Shown here: piece by piece, positions 38,883-52,630 of the stretch
How the letters are laid out: each line of letters begins with the position of its first letter
Numbering within the stretch: position 1 is the first letter of the stretch
NCBI GenBank assembly: GCA_965285935.1
Contig: OZ260662.1
Coordinates: 14,260,001-14,324,000 of the forward strand
Source: Ophelia neglecta
Taxonomy: Eukaryota
Direction of reading: 5' to 3'
DNA length: 64,000 nucleotides
Program-made: the position numbers and the translations under genes
Notes under the pieces: generated by a model
Told to the model about the DNA's origin: nothing
The model's input: only the letters and a program-made list of their open reading frames with translations
Databases searched by the model: none

Positions 38883-41800
38883 CTTCAATCTATAAAAATA
38901 GAAAAAATAATGAGTTTTTAACATAATTGAAAAGCTTCTATACAGTGACATGAGGATGTGGAAGTAGCCAGAATGTGAGTCAAATTATCTGGTTAATAAG
39001 ACCAAGGTGTGGGTGCTAAAACAAAACTGTGACAGAAATGAAGATATCATGGCCTGAGGAGATCCGAGTTTGGATAAAACAACCACTTCTTGTAAATATA
39101 TCTCACAGTGAAATGGGGAGAATGTCTGTTTCCCCAACAGTCCTCATCATCATAATTCTACAAGTAATAAACCTACCTTGTGTGAGGTGATATATGACAA
39201 GGTAGATGTGGCTATCAGATGTAGGAATCTGGGCACAACAACCACAAGTTACCAGAAAGAGAAACTTGTCTATTGCTTTAAGATCTACTACAGTACTGTG
39301 ACACCCTGCAGACAATAGGTTGGAATGACAGTTTGTAGTTAATAGCCAGTAGTCAGAGGTTTTAACCCTAACACTCCTCTCTGACAGTAGATCAGTGTAA
39401 CCCCATGTTCTCCCTGACAGTATATCTGTGTAGCCCCACACTGATGTATTGTGGCAATCTAGACTTTTCCCTGAAGTATCAACTCCAGAAGGAAACTGAC
39501 AGTTCACCTCCCGTCTCAGTCTGTCGTTGGTCCACTGCCACTAAGACCCTCCCACTCCTTTTAACACTCTCCAGAGAGAAGAACTTGGGAACAGAACGAC
39601 ATTATCCTCATAGACTAGTCACATTAATTGCCTTAGCCACCCCCAGGGGGCAGCAGGCAGGTAACAGAACCCAAATCATGCCCCACGGGACTAAAACCCC
39701 AAACACATACATACAATGACCTTCATCTTAACTATAATCCCCATATAGAACTTATTGTATGGGGATTACACTTAAAGCTCTCTTCTGGTCACTATGGGAG
39801 GTAGATAAGCACAAGAGACCTCTGACACTGTGGACAGCTGCCCCCTAAGAAACCTGTGAGGAGCGTGCATCTTTTTATCATAGAGTGCTATATGAAGGAA
39901 TTAAGTCCCTGTAACATTACATAGAACAGCTGGGCTCTGAAGACAGTTGAGGGTCAGGGCACAGGGTCCTGTGGTCAGTGAACCACACATTGTATAACCC
40001 TGAATGTATAAAATGTGATTACTCGCTGATTTACAAACCCACAATAGATGTTACCTATACAAGGAGCCAATGACAACCTCCTCAGGAGTTCTAAACACTG
40101 ATATGTAAATTACAAACAATCTTTACAGTGAGTTTCTTTGAACCCAGAGCTCAGGTTATGACAGAGATTGTTCCTTGTACAGTTATCAGTCCCTTGACAT
40201 CAGCTGTCAGACACTAAATCACCAGATGTTCATCCTCACTTTAATACATATCACTCTATGGAGTGAGCAGACACTGATTGAAGTTGTTGGGCTTTGAGCA
40301 GTTTCCCATCTGTCTATCTATCAAGGATGTAAACTGTCCACGATTCCCACTTTTTTAATCCCTCGTTCACAGATTGACAAGATTTACCTGCCAGGTAATA
40401 AACAGCCTTAGAATGGAAAGCAACAAATGGCAGAGTACAGAGCACTTAGAGATAATTACTAGATCAATCACAGGTACAAGACATTGAGTGTGGCCATAGG
40501 TCTGATGGGATATAAACACAGGTACAGATAGAGGGGTGAGGGGGGGGGGGGGGGAGGGCAGTTAAATGTGATACCATACATACTTACCCACAAGATAATT
40601 TCATATCAAAAAGCTAACAGAGTATCAAAAAACGAACCCCAAATGCTATGTCCAGGTCCACTTTTGGCAGACTTCCTCCTATGGTATATAACACTACTAA
40701 TGTCCTGTTCACCATCTATTACTGAACTAATGTCCTCTGATGGCTGTATAACGATTAGATTTAAGCCGTTCATAGTTTGTGGATCCTAAGACCTCTCCTC
40801 ATACAATGTGAGAAATAACTTTAAATATGGCTGACAGCACAAGATTTAAAGCTCTTTATATTGAAAAGGCAGAAGGTTTACTTAGGAGACAGTTAAGGGC
40901 TTAGCCTTAAGACGGGAGTCATTATCAGCGACAGTCTGATCTCAAGATCTCCGACACACGCATCGAGAGGCAGGTGTGAGGAATTGGATTACAAAGGTAT
41001 GTCAACATAAAGGTATGTTAATATGTCAGGGGCGAGGAAGGCACGCTTATAGCCCACCATCACTGATACTGCTGGGGGGGGGGGGGAGGGGGGGGGGGAG
41101 TTTTTGGGGGGGGGGATGGCTGTCTGGGGAGAAGTGGATTACAAAGGTCATATGTCAGGGATGAGGAAGGCATGCTCATAGCCCAAGATCACTAGGGGGA
41201 GTGGAGGTGAGAAGACTGAGAAGATGCAGTCTGTAACAGGATCTACACTAAGATTTAATAACATGAGAGACAATAGAAATCAATATTAATAACAATTTGT
41301 AAAATTGTGTAACAAAATGAGCCCGGACACCGAGGTGTCGTGACATTGTATCAAAGTTTGACAAATTTACATCCATAACAAATTGTTTATAAGTAGCTAG
41401 TTGGTTATCAGTAATAGAGAAAAAGGCTTTCCAGCTGTTATAATAATATGAACTGGTTTCTACTATTTATGCTATATAAGTAGCTCCTCTAACTGATGAT
41501 CACTCCTTTGTAGGTATTAACTGACGAAATTACACGTAATGTAGTTTAAGGTTCCAGACATATCGTAGTTATTTCAAAAATTCTACAATTTTTATAGCTT
41601 GGGACTTCCTACAGTAGTGAAGGTCATTTGAAACCCACACAGTTCAAATATCAAAGGAGACTTTCACAGCACTTATAGCTTCAGATTTCTATATAATATC
41701 CAGTAATACCGGTGGCTGGTTAGATAATGTGTCCACCTTTTCAAATCCTTCTACACTTTCTTTAAGGTTCCCAGGCTAAGTAATGTGAACCTGTGTCAGA

Positions 41801-43009
41801 CGCATGCCCCATAGAAACTGTAATAATCTTATATAAATTAGGTTCAAATTAGAATAAAAGAAAAAATTGAGTAACACCAACTGCATCTGCCAGCCAAGTA
41901 TGGACTTTTACTTGGCAGGAAGGGAGGTTGAAGGGGGAGGGGGCAGGTGGCTGATGTATGAAGGCCTACTACCCTGATATATATATGTAAAGGACATGAC
42001 ATACCCCCCTCCCCTCCTCAGGGACCACTCCAGTACACATGGGAATTGAAATAACCCTAAATTATGAAAATCCTGGAATTTCTAGCCTGCTTAGACTAAC
42101 TATTACATAGAGTGTCTAGATCTGGACAATTACAACTACTACTACCTTAATAAAGACAGTTACGACAACAGTCACCTTACAAAAGACCGTCAGTTACGAC
42201 AGCTATCACCTCACTAAAGACAAGTAAAAAAACTTGATTAGCGCCCTCAAGGGAGACATGTGCTCTAAAATAGGAAACCCAATAAAGTCCGAGAAAAACG
42301 CCCCCAAAAGTTGTAAGACTGAGACGGAAATTGAGATGAGAATTATGTAAGGTGACACGCACCTCAGAGACATCAAACGAATGTCATGTCACACACCAGG
42401 GGGCAGATGTCATTGGTAGCACTGCAGTGTCATTGGTTGCCCAGCTACCATCAGTTGTCAACTTGTGCCACACACTAGTCAAGATCACGAGCTGTTTTGA
42501 CAGCCATGAATACCCCGATGACTACAAAAGACATCATGAACCTGGCCAGTTTGAAAACTGTCCTGTATAATGTGTTACTAGGAAATGTAAGTCCTTGAAC
42601 CAGATTACAGTGGTGCCAGTATAGGGAAGTCCTCAACATAACATCATTTACATAACATCATTTACAACGATGTTTACTGGGTAAACAAGTGTCTCCTCAT
42701 AAAAGTCATGCCATCAAGCCATGTTTGGCCAATGTCTCGTAATGTCCAGGATGCCTTTGGCAATCCATTCAACATAAGATCACTATATTAAAAGTGTTAA
42801 ACTTTAATTAACTTGAACAAAATTAGACCAACATTTTCAAGTACATGTCATAAACTGTGTATGACCTCTGGCCAATGTCAAAAAGAGGGATGTTTGATGG
42901 TAACATTCCATGATGACATTTTATGTATTAATAGATTATTTAATACTATTTCACATTAATTAAGAATGATGAATGATTATTCTTTGCATTTTATAAATAA
43001 AAGCAGGTA

Positions 43010-43260
43010 CCAACTGTATCTGAACTATCTACAGACCTGAGCTATCTAAAGGCCTCAACCTCTATACCTGAACAATCTACATGCCACTACCTCAGTCTGA
43101 GCTGTCTAAAAGTCTCTAGCTTAGCTATCTAAAGGCCTCAACCTCTACCTGAACTATCTACAGGTCTCTACCTGAGCAGTCTACAAGCCACTACCTCTAC
43201 CTGAGCAGTCTACAAGCCACTACCTCTGGCTGAGCTGTCTACAGGTCTCTACCTGAGCTT
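43010..43260 (+). repeat. Minisatellite, unit-2 version of 4760-5040
   Basis: Same CTCTACCTGAGC units in a different number and order. Confidence 0.85.
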
Positions 43261-46150
43261 GGACTACATGATTACAATAACCACTAAACCACAGTTTAAA
43301 GTGTCCTATAAATCATAAGCAGTAATATGTATTATCTAATATTCTATTAGGTCTGAATATCATGATCAATATCCTGTTTCTAGAAAAGAGTATTTTGTAT
43401 TAAGCTATATAATTGAGGGGTCTGATACTAGCCTTAGTGATTAGACAGAATGATCAAAGTTATAGTCAAATCATGATGTTCTTATATATTGCAATTCATC
43501 CTCCGATTACAATGAAATTCATCCTCGGATTACATTAAGATTTATGTCCAATGGCCAAAGAGTCCACCCATGGTGAGGAGGGTTCACTTCAAGGGGCTCA
43601 GAATTGAGTTAGAATGTCTTGATTTTGTCAAGTGATATATCACATCAGTGAAAGTGGGCAGCACCACCGAGAATGGTACTGTCTTGTCTTGAATGTCTTG
43701 ACTAAAATATCTGTAGACATCACTAGCTGGTGAGTCTCTCTCTGTTCAAAGGATCAGGGAACTCAGCAAAACCCAGAATGATACATATATGTGGAGCTAA
43801 ATATTATTCCACTGGTCAGGCTCCCTGCTGAATTAATTGACTGAGTCAGCTCTGGAGGGGTCTTCTTTAAACTGTATGAGTTAAAACATTTGTCACATCC
43901 CTGAATGTAACTTGGATCTGTGTAAGATATGGGTACACACATCACCCAGTCAGCCCCCCTCCCCCAGGACCCTCAGTCAGCCAGTATTTATGTTATTTTT
44001 AATAAAAGCTTCTTTGGTTTAATCTAAACACAGAGAGGGTCCTGTGTCAGTAAATATTGCTGTATTCTGGCTGTGAGAGGCTGATCAAGTAATGAAGTCT
44101 GCCATGATGTGTCTGGATACACCTGGTGACAGAGCCAGTAATTAATAGATGGGTGTTTAGTAGTTTCCAGTGATATTTTACCCCAGACAGGTGGCATTCG
44201 GTGGTTTGTGTAAATACTGAGGTCAGTATGATGTCTTTGTGATATCTCTCTCAGTGTTTGGACAGTTAAATGTTTGAATTCACACAGAAGTAATCCAGGT
44301 TTATCTGGAGATTAAACCTGTTCACACTTACTGTAAAGTCAGAAATGGTTGTGGGAATTATATTTCGCGAATGTACATAAAAAAATTGCAAAATTTGCGA
44401 AATCAGGTGACTTTCGAATTAAATCATCAAGTCCATATTTTAAACCCCATGTGTATATATATTTTCCTATGTTACACAGGTGATGAGGCCAGGGTCACAC
44501 TCACTGACCTCAGTCATGCCTGACCTGTCATCACCTGACCAACAGCTCAATTAACCCATATACACCTATTGATGAAAACTCACTACCCCCCAAACTGGGG
44601 AAATAACCATGGATACCATCTGGGCTGTCATAGCAACCATCCCACAAACCTATCAATGGTATATCTATAACCTTTACAATTAGGTTTGGCCTTAAAGTGG
44701 ACATTTAATATGATTTCTGTCCAGATATATAAGATTGGTCACCTTATAAATATCCTAGTAACATTATTATACTGACAGTTACTGGTCAGTAAGAATGGTA
44801 TCAGAGCTAATCTGAGAGGGACCAGCAGGGATTAGCCATGTGTTAGCCTTGTGTTAGCCATGTATTAGGTCTGTAGGGATTTACAGCAGTCTATATGACA
44901 TCTCCTGTCACCAGCCAGTGTCATCCTTGATGACAGTTTAGTTATGTATGGGTATACAAACATTATATTTGATGATAACCCCAGCTTGTCTTGCCCTTGG
45001 TGCCCCTCCCCTGGGGCCGGGCGATGTGAGTCTTGCCCTTGGTGCCCCTCCCCTGGGGCTGGGCTATGTGGGCCTCTCAGAGGTGACCAGGTACAGTCTA
45101 CACCAAGGGTTCTCTTGTGGCCAAACAGTGTCATCTGGGAAAACACTTTAATATTAAGTTCCTGCTTGGAGAGGGGGACCATCGGAATTAGCTGCAAATG
45201 AAGACAAAACCAGCCCTCACTTAAAATAATCACCTCATAGCAAGGGAAGATCACTTGGTCCACTCTCATGGTTGTATATGTTATATCTATAAAGCTGAGC
45301 AGGCTGTAGTCACTGAGATCTTCAGAAGAATCCCTCAGACCTAGGGTGACAGGTGGATGTGAGCAGGAGGTGGGCTATGGTTATCAGGGTACATGCTTGA
45401 ATGCTTGACCAGCAGTTGTGACAGATAAAATACTAAATTCATAGATCTGCTGACAGACAAATAGACAGAAAGACAGACAGACAGACAGACATATTCCTCA
45501 GTGAATACAGACAATAGCTCACATTCAGTAATCAAGTCTTGAGGAATCTGGAACAGATAAAAGTTACCTATTGGAAGATTCATTTACAGACTTGTAAATA
45601 AATCCATTTAGAGCTGGAGGCTACAAACTCAACCCCACAAACTACCAAACACTGTCTGCTCAAGGAAGACAAATTGAGTAAGGTTACTCAAATATTACTC
45701 AATCAGAGTGGAGTCAGTTACTGAGTTTGTGTGAACTCTCTACAGGTGGTTGCAGGAGGTAGCAAAGTGACACCATCATGTGGTAAGCTAACTCCTATAG
45801 AGGTAACCCTGACTAAATGCTCCCACTGTTCAGTGTTCTCAGTGGATCAGTTTGATCAAATTGATCTCAGACCTGCTAACTGTCCTGATGACTTGAGGAG
45901 AGAGTTTAATCTTGTCATCATTAACTTCATCATAAACAGATTATGGGTATTAGGTAAGACAGGGTGTGTGTGACAAGGGTAGGCAATAGTAGAGGAGGGT
46001 AGGCCGGGAAGAGGGTTGGGGAGAGAAGGCAGGAAGATGGAGGGGTGGAAGGGAGGGACCCCAGGGAAGGGTGGGAATGGAACAACAGAAAGAAAATCAT
46101 AGGGGTTGGCAGTCCCTGTGTTGAGGACATTATAGAGCTGGTAGCTTTAA

Positions 46151-47882
46151 GGTGGTGTGGGACCCCTACAATAGCTTTTAGACATAAAGTGGTCTCATTT
46201 GAATCCCAAAGTAGCAAATAAGTAATTTGTGTCATCATACATTGCGTTCATGCATCTAGTTTACATACAGCGGTCTTTCCCCCCAAAAAATCCCAAAATG
46301 TTGACTTTATTCAACTTTTTGTGTAAAAAAAATGCAACTTTTTTCAATCCCCCTCAGAAAAAAATGGAACATGTTATGACAATGACAGTTGGCTAAATAT
46401 GTTCGTAACAGCCTATTCTAGAAGACGGTCATACAGTTTTTCTTAAATCCTATCCTAAGTTGTGTTTTTGGGGCCATGATGAGACTAGTCATAAAAAAAA
46501 GTACTTATTAGTGCGTATTAATCTTTACATGCCATTTCAAAACGAATGAAAAGGTGTATCAAAATTCTGGGACGCCGTCACCTAGAACTAACTGCTGCGA
46601 ACAGTTTCCACTTTACAGAATTCAATTATCTCAATATTTGACTGCGGTAGCTCGAATGAAAAATTGTGTATCAGTTGTAATTAAGTAAAATCGACTTAGC
46701 TAGAAATCAACAAACAAGGCTCCAGAAGGTAGTTTTTCGCACCTGAACTAGACGTAGCGGCGATAAGCTTTCACACATTTTGGGAACCTCCAGCCAGATT
46801 ATGTTACCACCAATTACACTAATTGTCATTAAAATCGCACAAATGAAAAAGTGACTTTTTGACTGATTTATCGGTGAGCACCAATCATATTACTGTCAAT
46901 CGCCCAGAAGCACGTGGTCGAGCCACGCGGATCCGACACTTGGCTATGACGTCGGACCTAACCTGGGCTAGATGGGCGGAGCATAGATCAGCGGCCCGGC
47001 TTATGACCACAATAGGTGCTAAGCCCATTATTCACGGATCAAGCCACACACTCTTGATAGCTCTAGACATACCCGGATCATTACACTTTCACACTTTTAT
47101 ACTTGTTTACAAACAAATATTACTGGATAAAGGGGAAAAACGAAGCGAGATCGCCGCACATGTATTTTATTGCGAAGCCTAGTACCATGCCCGCGCCCGG
47201 AGACGTCGCCTTAAATAGTTATTCGAATCCTAAAGACTTTCCCGATTGATCCCTAAATCAAGGCTAATCCCTTATCCCTGCTTTTCTCCAGTTCGTAGCG
47301 CCCTGAACTGTTGAATTTTAATGAGTATTACTCACCTTCCCAGCATATGCCATACATACTGTCTGCTGCGCGGGAAGCAGATGCGCTGGCAAATACCAAG
47401 GACGCATATGCGTTGGTAGGCAATCAAGTAAATTACCAGTTCGTGTTGTTTAGTACTTGGACAGCTGGTAGTAAACGAGTATTTACAACTATCATTGATT
47501 ACTTTCGACCCCGCGTATTATTTGTGATTTCACAAACACTATAGTATGTGTAGGTATCTCACCTGTCATATATACAGCTTATCACAAGTATCAGTGGACA
47601 GGTGAGGACAGGGAGGAGCCTAATTGCCATTGCTTAATGGATGTTCATGCATGGCTGAACACAATAGTCATGTGACTAACAAGACCATAACATCTCTTGT
47701 TTGTAAACAAACCTTAAGCTGTTAGGCATGAATAAAAACGCTTTATTTGAGTTAATAGAAAAAACTAAAAATGAAAATAAACACACCATTGGATAGAGCA
47801 GAGTAAGCTCTATCTAAAACAGTACATTTTCAAAAATCACACCATATGACATTTAATCATGAATTAGGGGTCCCACACCACC
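46151..47882. mobile_element. Non-autonomous DNA transposon, Kolobok-type (1732 bp)
   Basis: Perfect 18-bp TIRs GGTGGTGTGGGACCCCTA / TAGGGGTCCCACACCACC; TTAA on both sides (46147-50, 47883-86); purine-purine start points to Kolobok rather than piggyBac; absent from unit 1 (empty site gtagctTTGAttctgaac at ~7991); CpG-rich interior; no long ORF. Confidence 0.85.
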
Positions 47883-48852
47883 TTAATCATGAACGAGTTG
47901 TAGTAGAACACAGCAGTTAGAAATACATATTAACATACAAATCTAAATATAAAAGAGAACAGTAGAGAGCAGCAAGGCTAATCTGACCTGATCTGGGGCA
48001 AACAAAACAGACACAGAATATCAGAAGGATGTCAGAACTGTGAAGCTCTCACTGTGAGGATTAGATAGTAAGGAACTGGAGAGTCCACCCACCTTGACTA
48101 ATTAGTGTCTGATGAGAAGTGAGATCTCAGAGAGCTGTCCTGGAGTCTGTACTGTGTCTCTGGAGCTATCAACAGGTGGCAGTCAAGATAATCCTCATCT
48201 GTCCTGTCTCCTCTCTAAGCTGTCCAGGAAATATGGTCAAATTCTGATCAAATCACATTTAACTCAAAGAAAGTTCTCTCCTAGTTATAAAGTCCAGTTC
48301 TATACCAGATATAAGTCAGGGTTCCCTCAGACAATCCAGTGTGACTTGATATCATCTACAGGAGCTGAGGTGTTGCTGGCACCAGGGTGGCCTTCTTTGT
48401 GAGCCTTCAGACTGGTGGTTTGACTGTGTTGTGGTCACTTTGGTGATGTCTCCACAGCCGTGCCAACCCTGGCACCATGCGCCCTTCTCCTGGGAATAAT
48501 TTCTCAGGTTGCCCTGACTACCAGGCCTAGGGTCAGAAGGTCACAACCCTCCAATTGTCTCCTAACATGTCCAAGGGTGAGAAAGTAAACTCTACAACAG
48601 ACAGAGTTTACCTGTGAAAATAAAACCTCATATAAACCACTGATTTTGTGCCACTTCCTCAGACTTGGGAGAGATATTTGGGAGATAAAATCAGTCAATT
48701 TGTCCCCATTACAGTGGTGTTTTGAGCCTGGATCCTGAGGTGTAGACTTTCATTTAGTGATCACACCTGAATCTACTCAAGTGTTAAGACATCATTTTAT
48801 AATGTCAACATACAGGGACTGATTTAATTAATCGGTCTGATTGTGCAGTAAA

Positions 48853-49078
48853 GAGTTATGTCAGAGAGAGAGAGTGTTGTATTGGTTCTCAAGTAGATCT
48901 GTGGGCCCTGAAGAAGGGGTAGGGGTTAGGGGTGACTTGGTTTGATTGTCTGGTAGAGTTATGTCAGAGAGAGAGTGTTGTATTGGTTCTCAAGTAGATC
49001 TGTGGGCCCTGAAGAAGGGGTGTGGGGTTAGGGGTGACTTGGTTTGATTGTCTGGTAGAGTTATGTCAGAAAGAGAGA
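48853..49078 (+). repeat. ~100-bp tandem duplication, unit 2 only
   Basis: AGAGTTATGTCAGAGAG..GGGTGACTTGGTTTGATTGTCTGGT occurs twice. Confidence 0.85.
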
Positions 49079-52000
49079 GAGCATTGGTGGGGGGGGGGGG
49101 GGGATATGGCAAGGGGCAGATTAAGGTGGGATTTAATTAGACATGTGTTCGAAACCTTGGATGTATCAGAGAATGGTATCAGACCTCTGGTAAATCTGTG
49201 GTCAGTGTCGACATGGTCTGGATTTCTGAGTAGATTCTTGGTAGCTCTCTGATCAGACACAGGCCTTGTATTTAGTTGTTCTCAGATCAGATACAGGCCT
49301 CAGTGTTTGTACACAGGCTCCCTCTATGTGTATCCATTGTAGTCTCCTGGGGCTCTCTGTAACTCAGACTGGACACATGGCATTACTAGATACACTCAAT
49401 GTAGGTACAGGTGTAGATAGAACATATGGAGATACAGGTATAGGTGGGTGTAGATAGAGGGGCAAACAAGAGAGACAGTGGGAGAAAGGTAAACATGGGA
49501 CAGGTAGGGGGCTACCAGGCTTGTATTTGGCCCCAGAGGCCTCTCAGCCTGGATCTATAGGGTAGACAGAGGGTTATAGGGTTCACCACCAGGACTGCCT
49601 CACTTTAGGGGCCAACACCCCTCCAATGTCTTGTTAATCTTAGTTGGTCCTGAACATTCCTTTTCTCCTGTTTTGTGACCATGACACCACTTGACATTCA
49701 ATCCAGCCCCTACCCCATTTGACCTTGAAATAACCTTAACCTTTCTAGTCACCCTTTTCAGCCCTGTAAAGTATACATGTAGTCTTCTATAGGAACCATT
49801 ATCCACACCTTACAGCCCTTATTTGACCTTGACATATCCTTGACTTTACCTATTCACCCCTTCCTGCCCTGACAGTTGTTAAAACTGCCCCCTATTGACA
49901 AATATTGGTCACTGTTTTACCACACAATCCCCATTACACGGCTCATTGACCTTTATAGTTTGCATGTTGACCTTCACAGTGTGCGTGTTGACCCTCCATG
50001 TTTGCAGATATTTAGCAATCTCTGGACTTCCGGAGACAATGACCTGACGTTATTCTCCCTAACACGCCCCGAGCCATAGCAACCATTGCCGTGACTACCT
50101 GTTTTATTTACTTAACTTGTCAACCAAATATCCCATAATCCTCTCTTTACTGCTATTGTCCAAAACCCCTAAATCTGTCGTAATGTAAATATTTGTTCTT
50201 CACCATCTGTATTGTTGGAAGATTTTAAAATTCCCTCACAGAAACCTGCACCTGATGTGTTGTGGACTGTGACATTTAAAACTCTTTAGGGAGAGCAAAT
50301 TAATTCCAAAACATGAAAATCCTTTACACGAAAATGACAAACTATAAGTAAACATGGCTAGTGTTTATCAGAGCTTTAGATCTGAGAGATTTAGTAGGAT
50401 TCCCATGTTAATATCCAGGGAACAGCATCTATTAAATCTTTTGTCAATTCTAACACAGAGTCCACACCACAATATACATTTAATTCAAACCCTGGCTGGT
50501 TTATTTTCCCATGTTGCTCATCAAATTAAGGGATAGAGTTTCTTGATCAAAGGATTTCATTAAACAGTGGTGGAATAATAGAAAATATCAGGTGAATTTC
50601 TATATAATTGTACTGGTCAGTATTCATAGAGCGGTCAACATCGGACAGGAAGTCATGATTATAGTAATTATTGGATTGTGGGACTGATAGAAAGTTTAAA
50701 TGACTGTAGGTTTACTCAAAGAAAACTCCGGAAAGCGAGGACCTGCCGCCACAATGGGAGACCAGAACACATGCTAGTACATCCTGTCTGAGGTAAATAG
50801 GAAAGACGAGAAAATATTACAGATATAATAAGTTTGTAATCTGATAGGGGAAGAAGCAGGTATTTTGTGACAGGTGCCTGGGGCCGGGAGGGTTTAACTG
50901 TTTAAGGGGGGGGGGGGGAGGATCTGTAAAAAAAGAGGGGAAGGGGTTAAATAAATGTATTCACTTTTAACTTATCGTGAAGTTTAATGGGAAGTTAATC
51001 ACCCAAATGACAGGTCAATAGGTTAAATTCATTTTTCTTAATATCAGAAAGAAAGAGAAGCAGAACTGAAAAATAGAAATGAAAATACAGCAGGAAGAGC
51101 TAATCCCCAAGTTCATAACCCTTTGGGTGTCAAACAGGAATGCAGTTATAAGCGTCTTATGTTTTCATATTTTTTCCAAAGGTTCATGCATTTGACAATG
51201 AAAACTTTATGAACAACTAAATACCCTAATCTATATATTTTCAGAAAGAACAGATCCTCCGCAATTATAAAAACAAACAACAGTGAAATAAAGATTGATA
51301 TGATGTTAGGGGACTTTAAATAAACAAATATCTATAATCAGAAATATGATAATATGATTAATATAGTAATTAACCCTCTTCTCCTGGATACCACCCCTGT
51401 TGTACTAAACACCTGTAAATTAAGAATCCTAGTAGGTAGAGGGTTAACCAGGTAAAACAGAAGGTATCAATATGGTGAACACTTCTCTCCTTGACCAGAT
51501 TTGTTGTAAACTTTTGTAGATATTGAAACCCAGCAGTTAAAGGGTTAATAAAGTGCTGATTTAAAATTTGAAAAGCACAAGAGTGAATACCTAGATTAAC
51601 CCAGCCCTAAACAGAAGTAACAGGAAGCATGTAAAGAAAGCTTGTAAATACCAACCCACAGTCTTGTTGTTGTTGTTGGTCAAAAGGTTGATTTATTAAT
51701 ATATTAAAACTGGAATTAATTGAATATTAAATGTCACGAAACAATTGTCCAAAATCCAATTAAAATGTCTACACAGATGATTATAAATAAACCTATCTAT
51801 TGACAATACATTGTCAAAGGTACTTTGTAAGGGGTGTGGTGGATTGTAGCCAATTAACTTTAATAACACAGTGATAAGTTACTGGTCAACATTCTGAGAA
51901 ACTTGATATCATGAACACAGAATTCAGGACCCTCTCTGATAAACATCTTTTGAGAAAAACCACATTGTCTTCATGAATGTTAAAATATCAAAGGCTAGTA

Positions 52001-52581
52001 ACATAGATATTCTCATCTCTTAAATTCTGATACAGTTGTCAATGTTTCAAAGACAGTTAAAATCCAATAAAAAACAATTACTTTTTCCTAGATGTCCCAT
52101 CACCTTTTTCTGGTAGATGCCAAAATGACCTATGAAGTCTTAAATAACAGTTATTGTTCATAAAATAACAGTCATTTCACCCTGATGAGTTACACTTAGT
52201 TCTGATGATACTCACCAGGTCTCAGGGTCTCAGGGATTGTAGCTAATTAGTATAATTAGTGTCATCAACAATTAACTCCTGCGCTTGAGGAGCTCATGTA
52301 AGTTCTGATCACTGGAAGTTACAGTGGAATGTGGAGGGTTAATATGGTCCTGATGTGGAGTGGGGATGGTTAATGTAGCCATGATCTGTCACTGACTGGG
52401 TTAATTAGGTGTGATGTGGCTGTTGAGGTTCTCACTCTATGACATTTAGAGGGAGCCACCTATGAAAGGGAGAGGGTAAGGGGAGGAGAAAGGCTGGGTG
52501 TGTGGGGTGGGGGGGGGGGGGGAAGGGGGACAGACAGGGAAGACTCACTTGAAGAGGCATTACGTAAGATTGATATATATA

Positions 52582-52630
52582 CAGTGAAACCTGTCAATTA
52601 AGACTACCCAAGGGTAAGACTAATCTGGCC
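52582..52630 (+). mobile_element. Truncated end of the same CAGTGAAACCTG MITE family
   Basis: TA|CAGTGAAACCTGTCAATTAAGACTACCCAAGGG resembles the reverse complement of the right end of 15786-15963. Confidence 0.6.

Noticed and set aside
46859-47544. ORFs inside the TTAA element
   Set aside because: Short, TTG-initiated, no transposase motifs.
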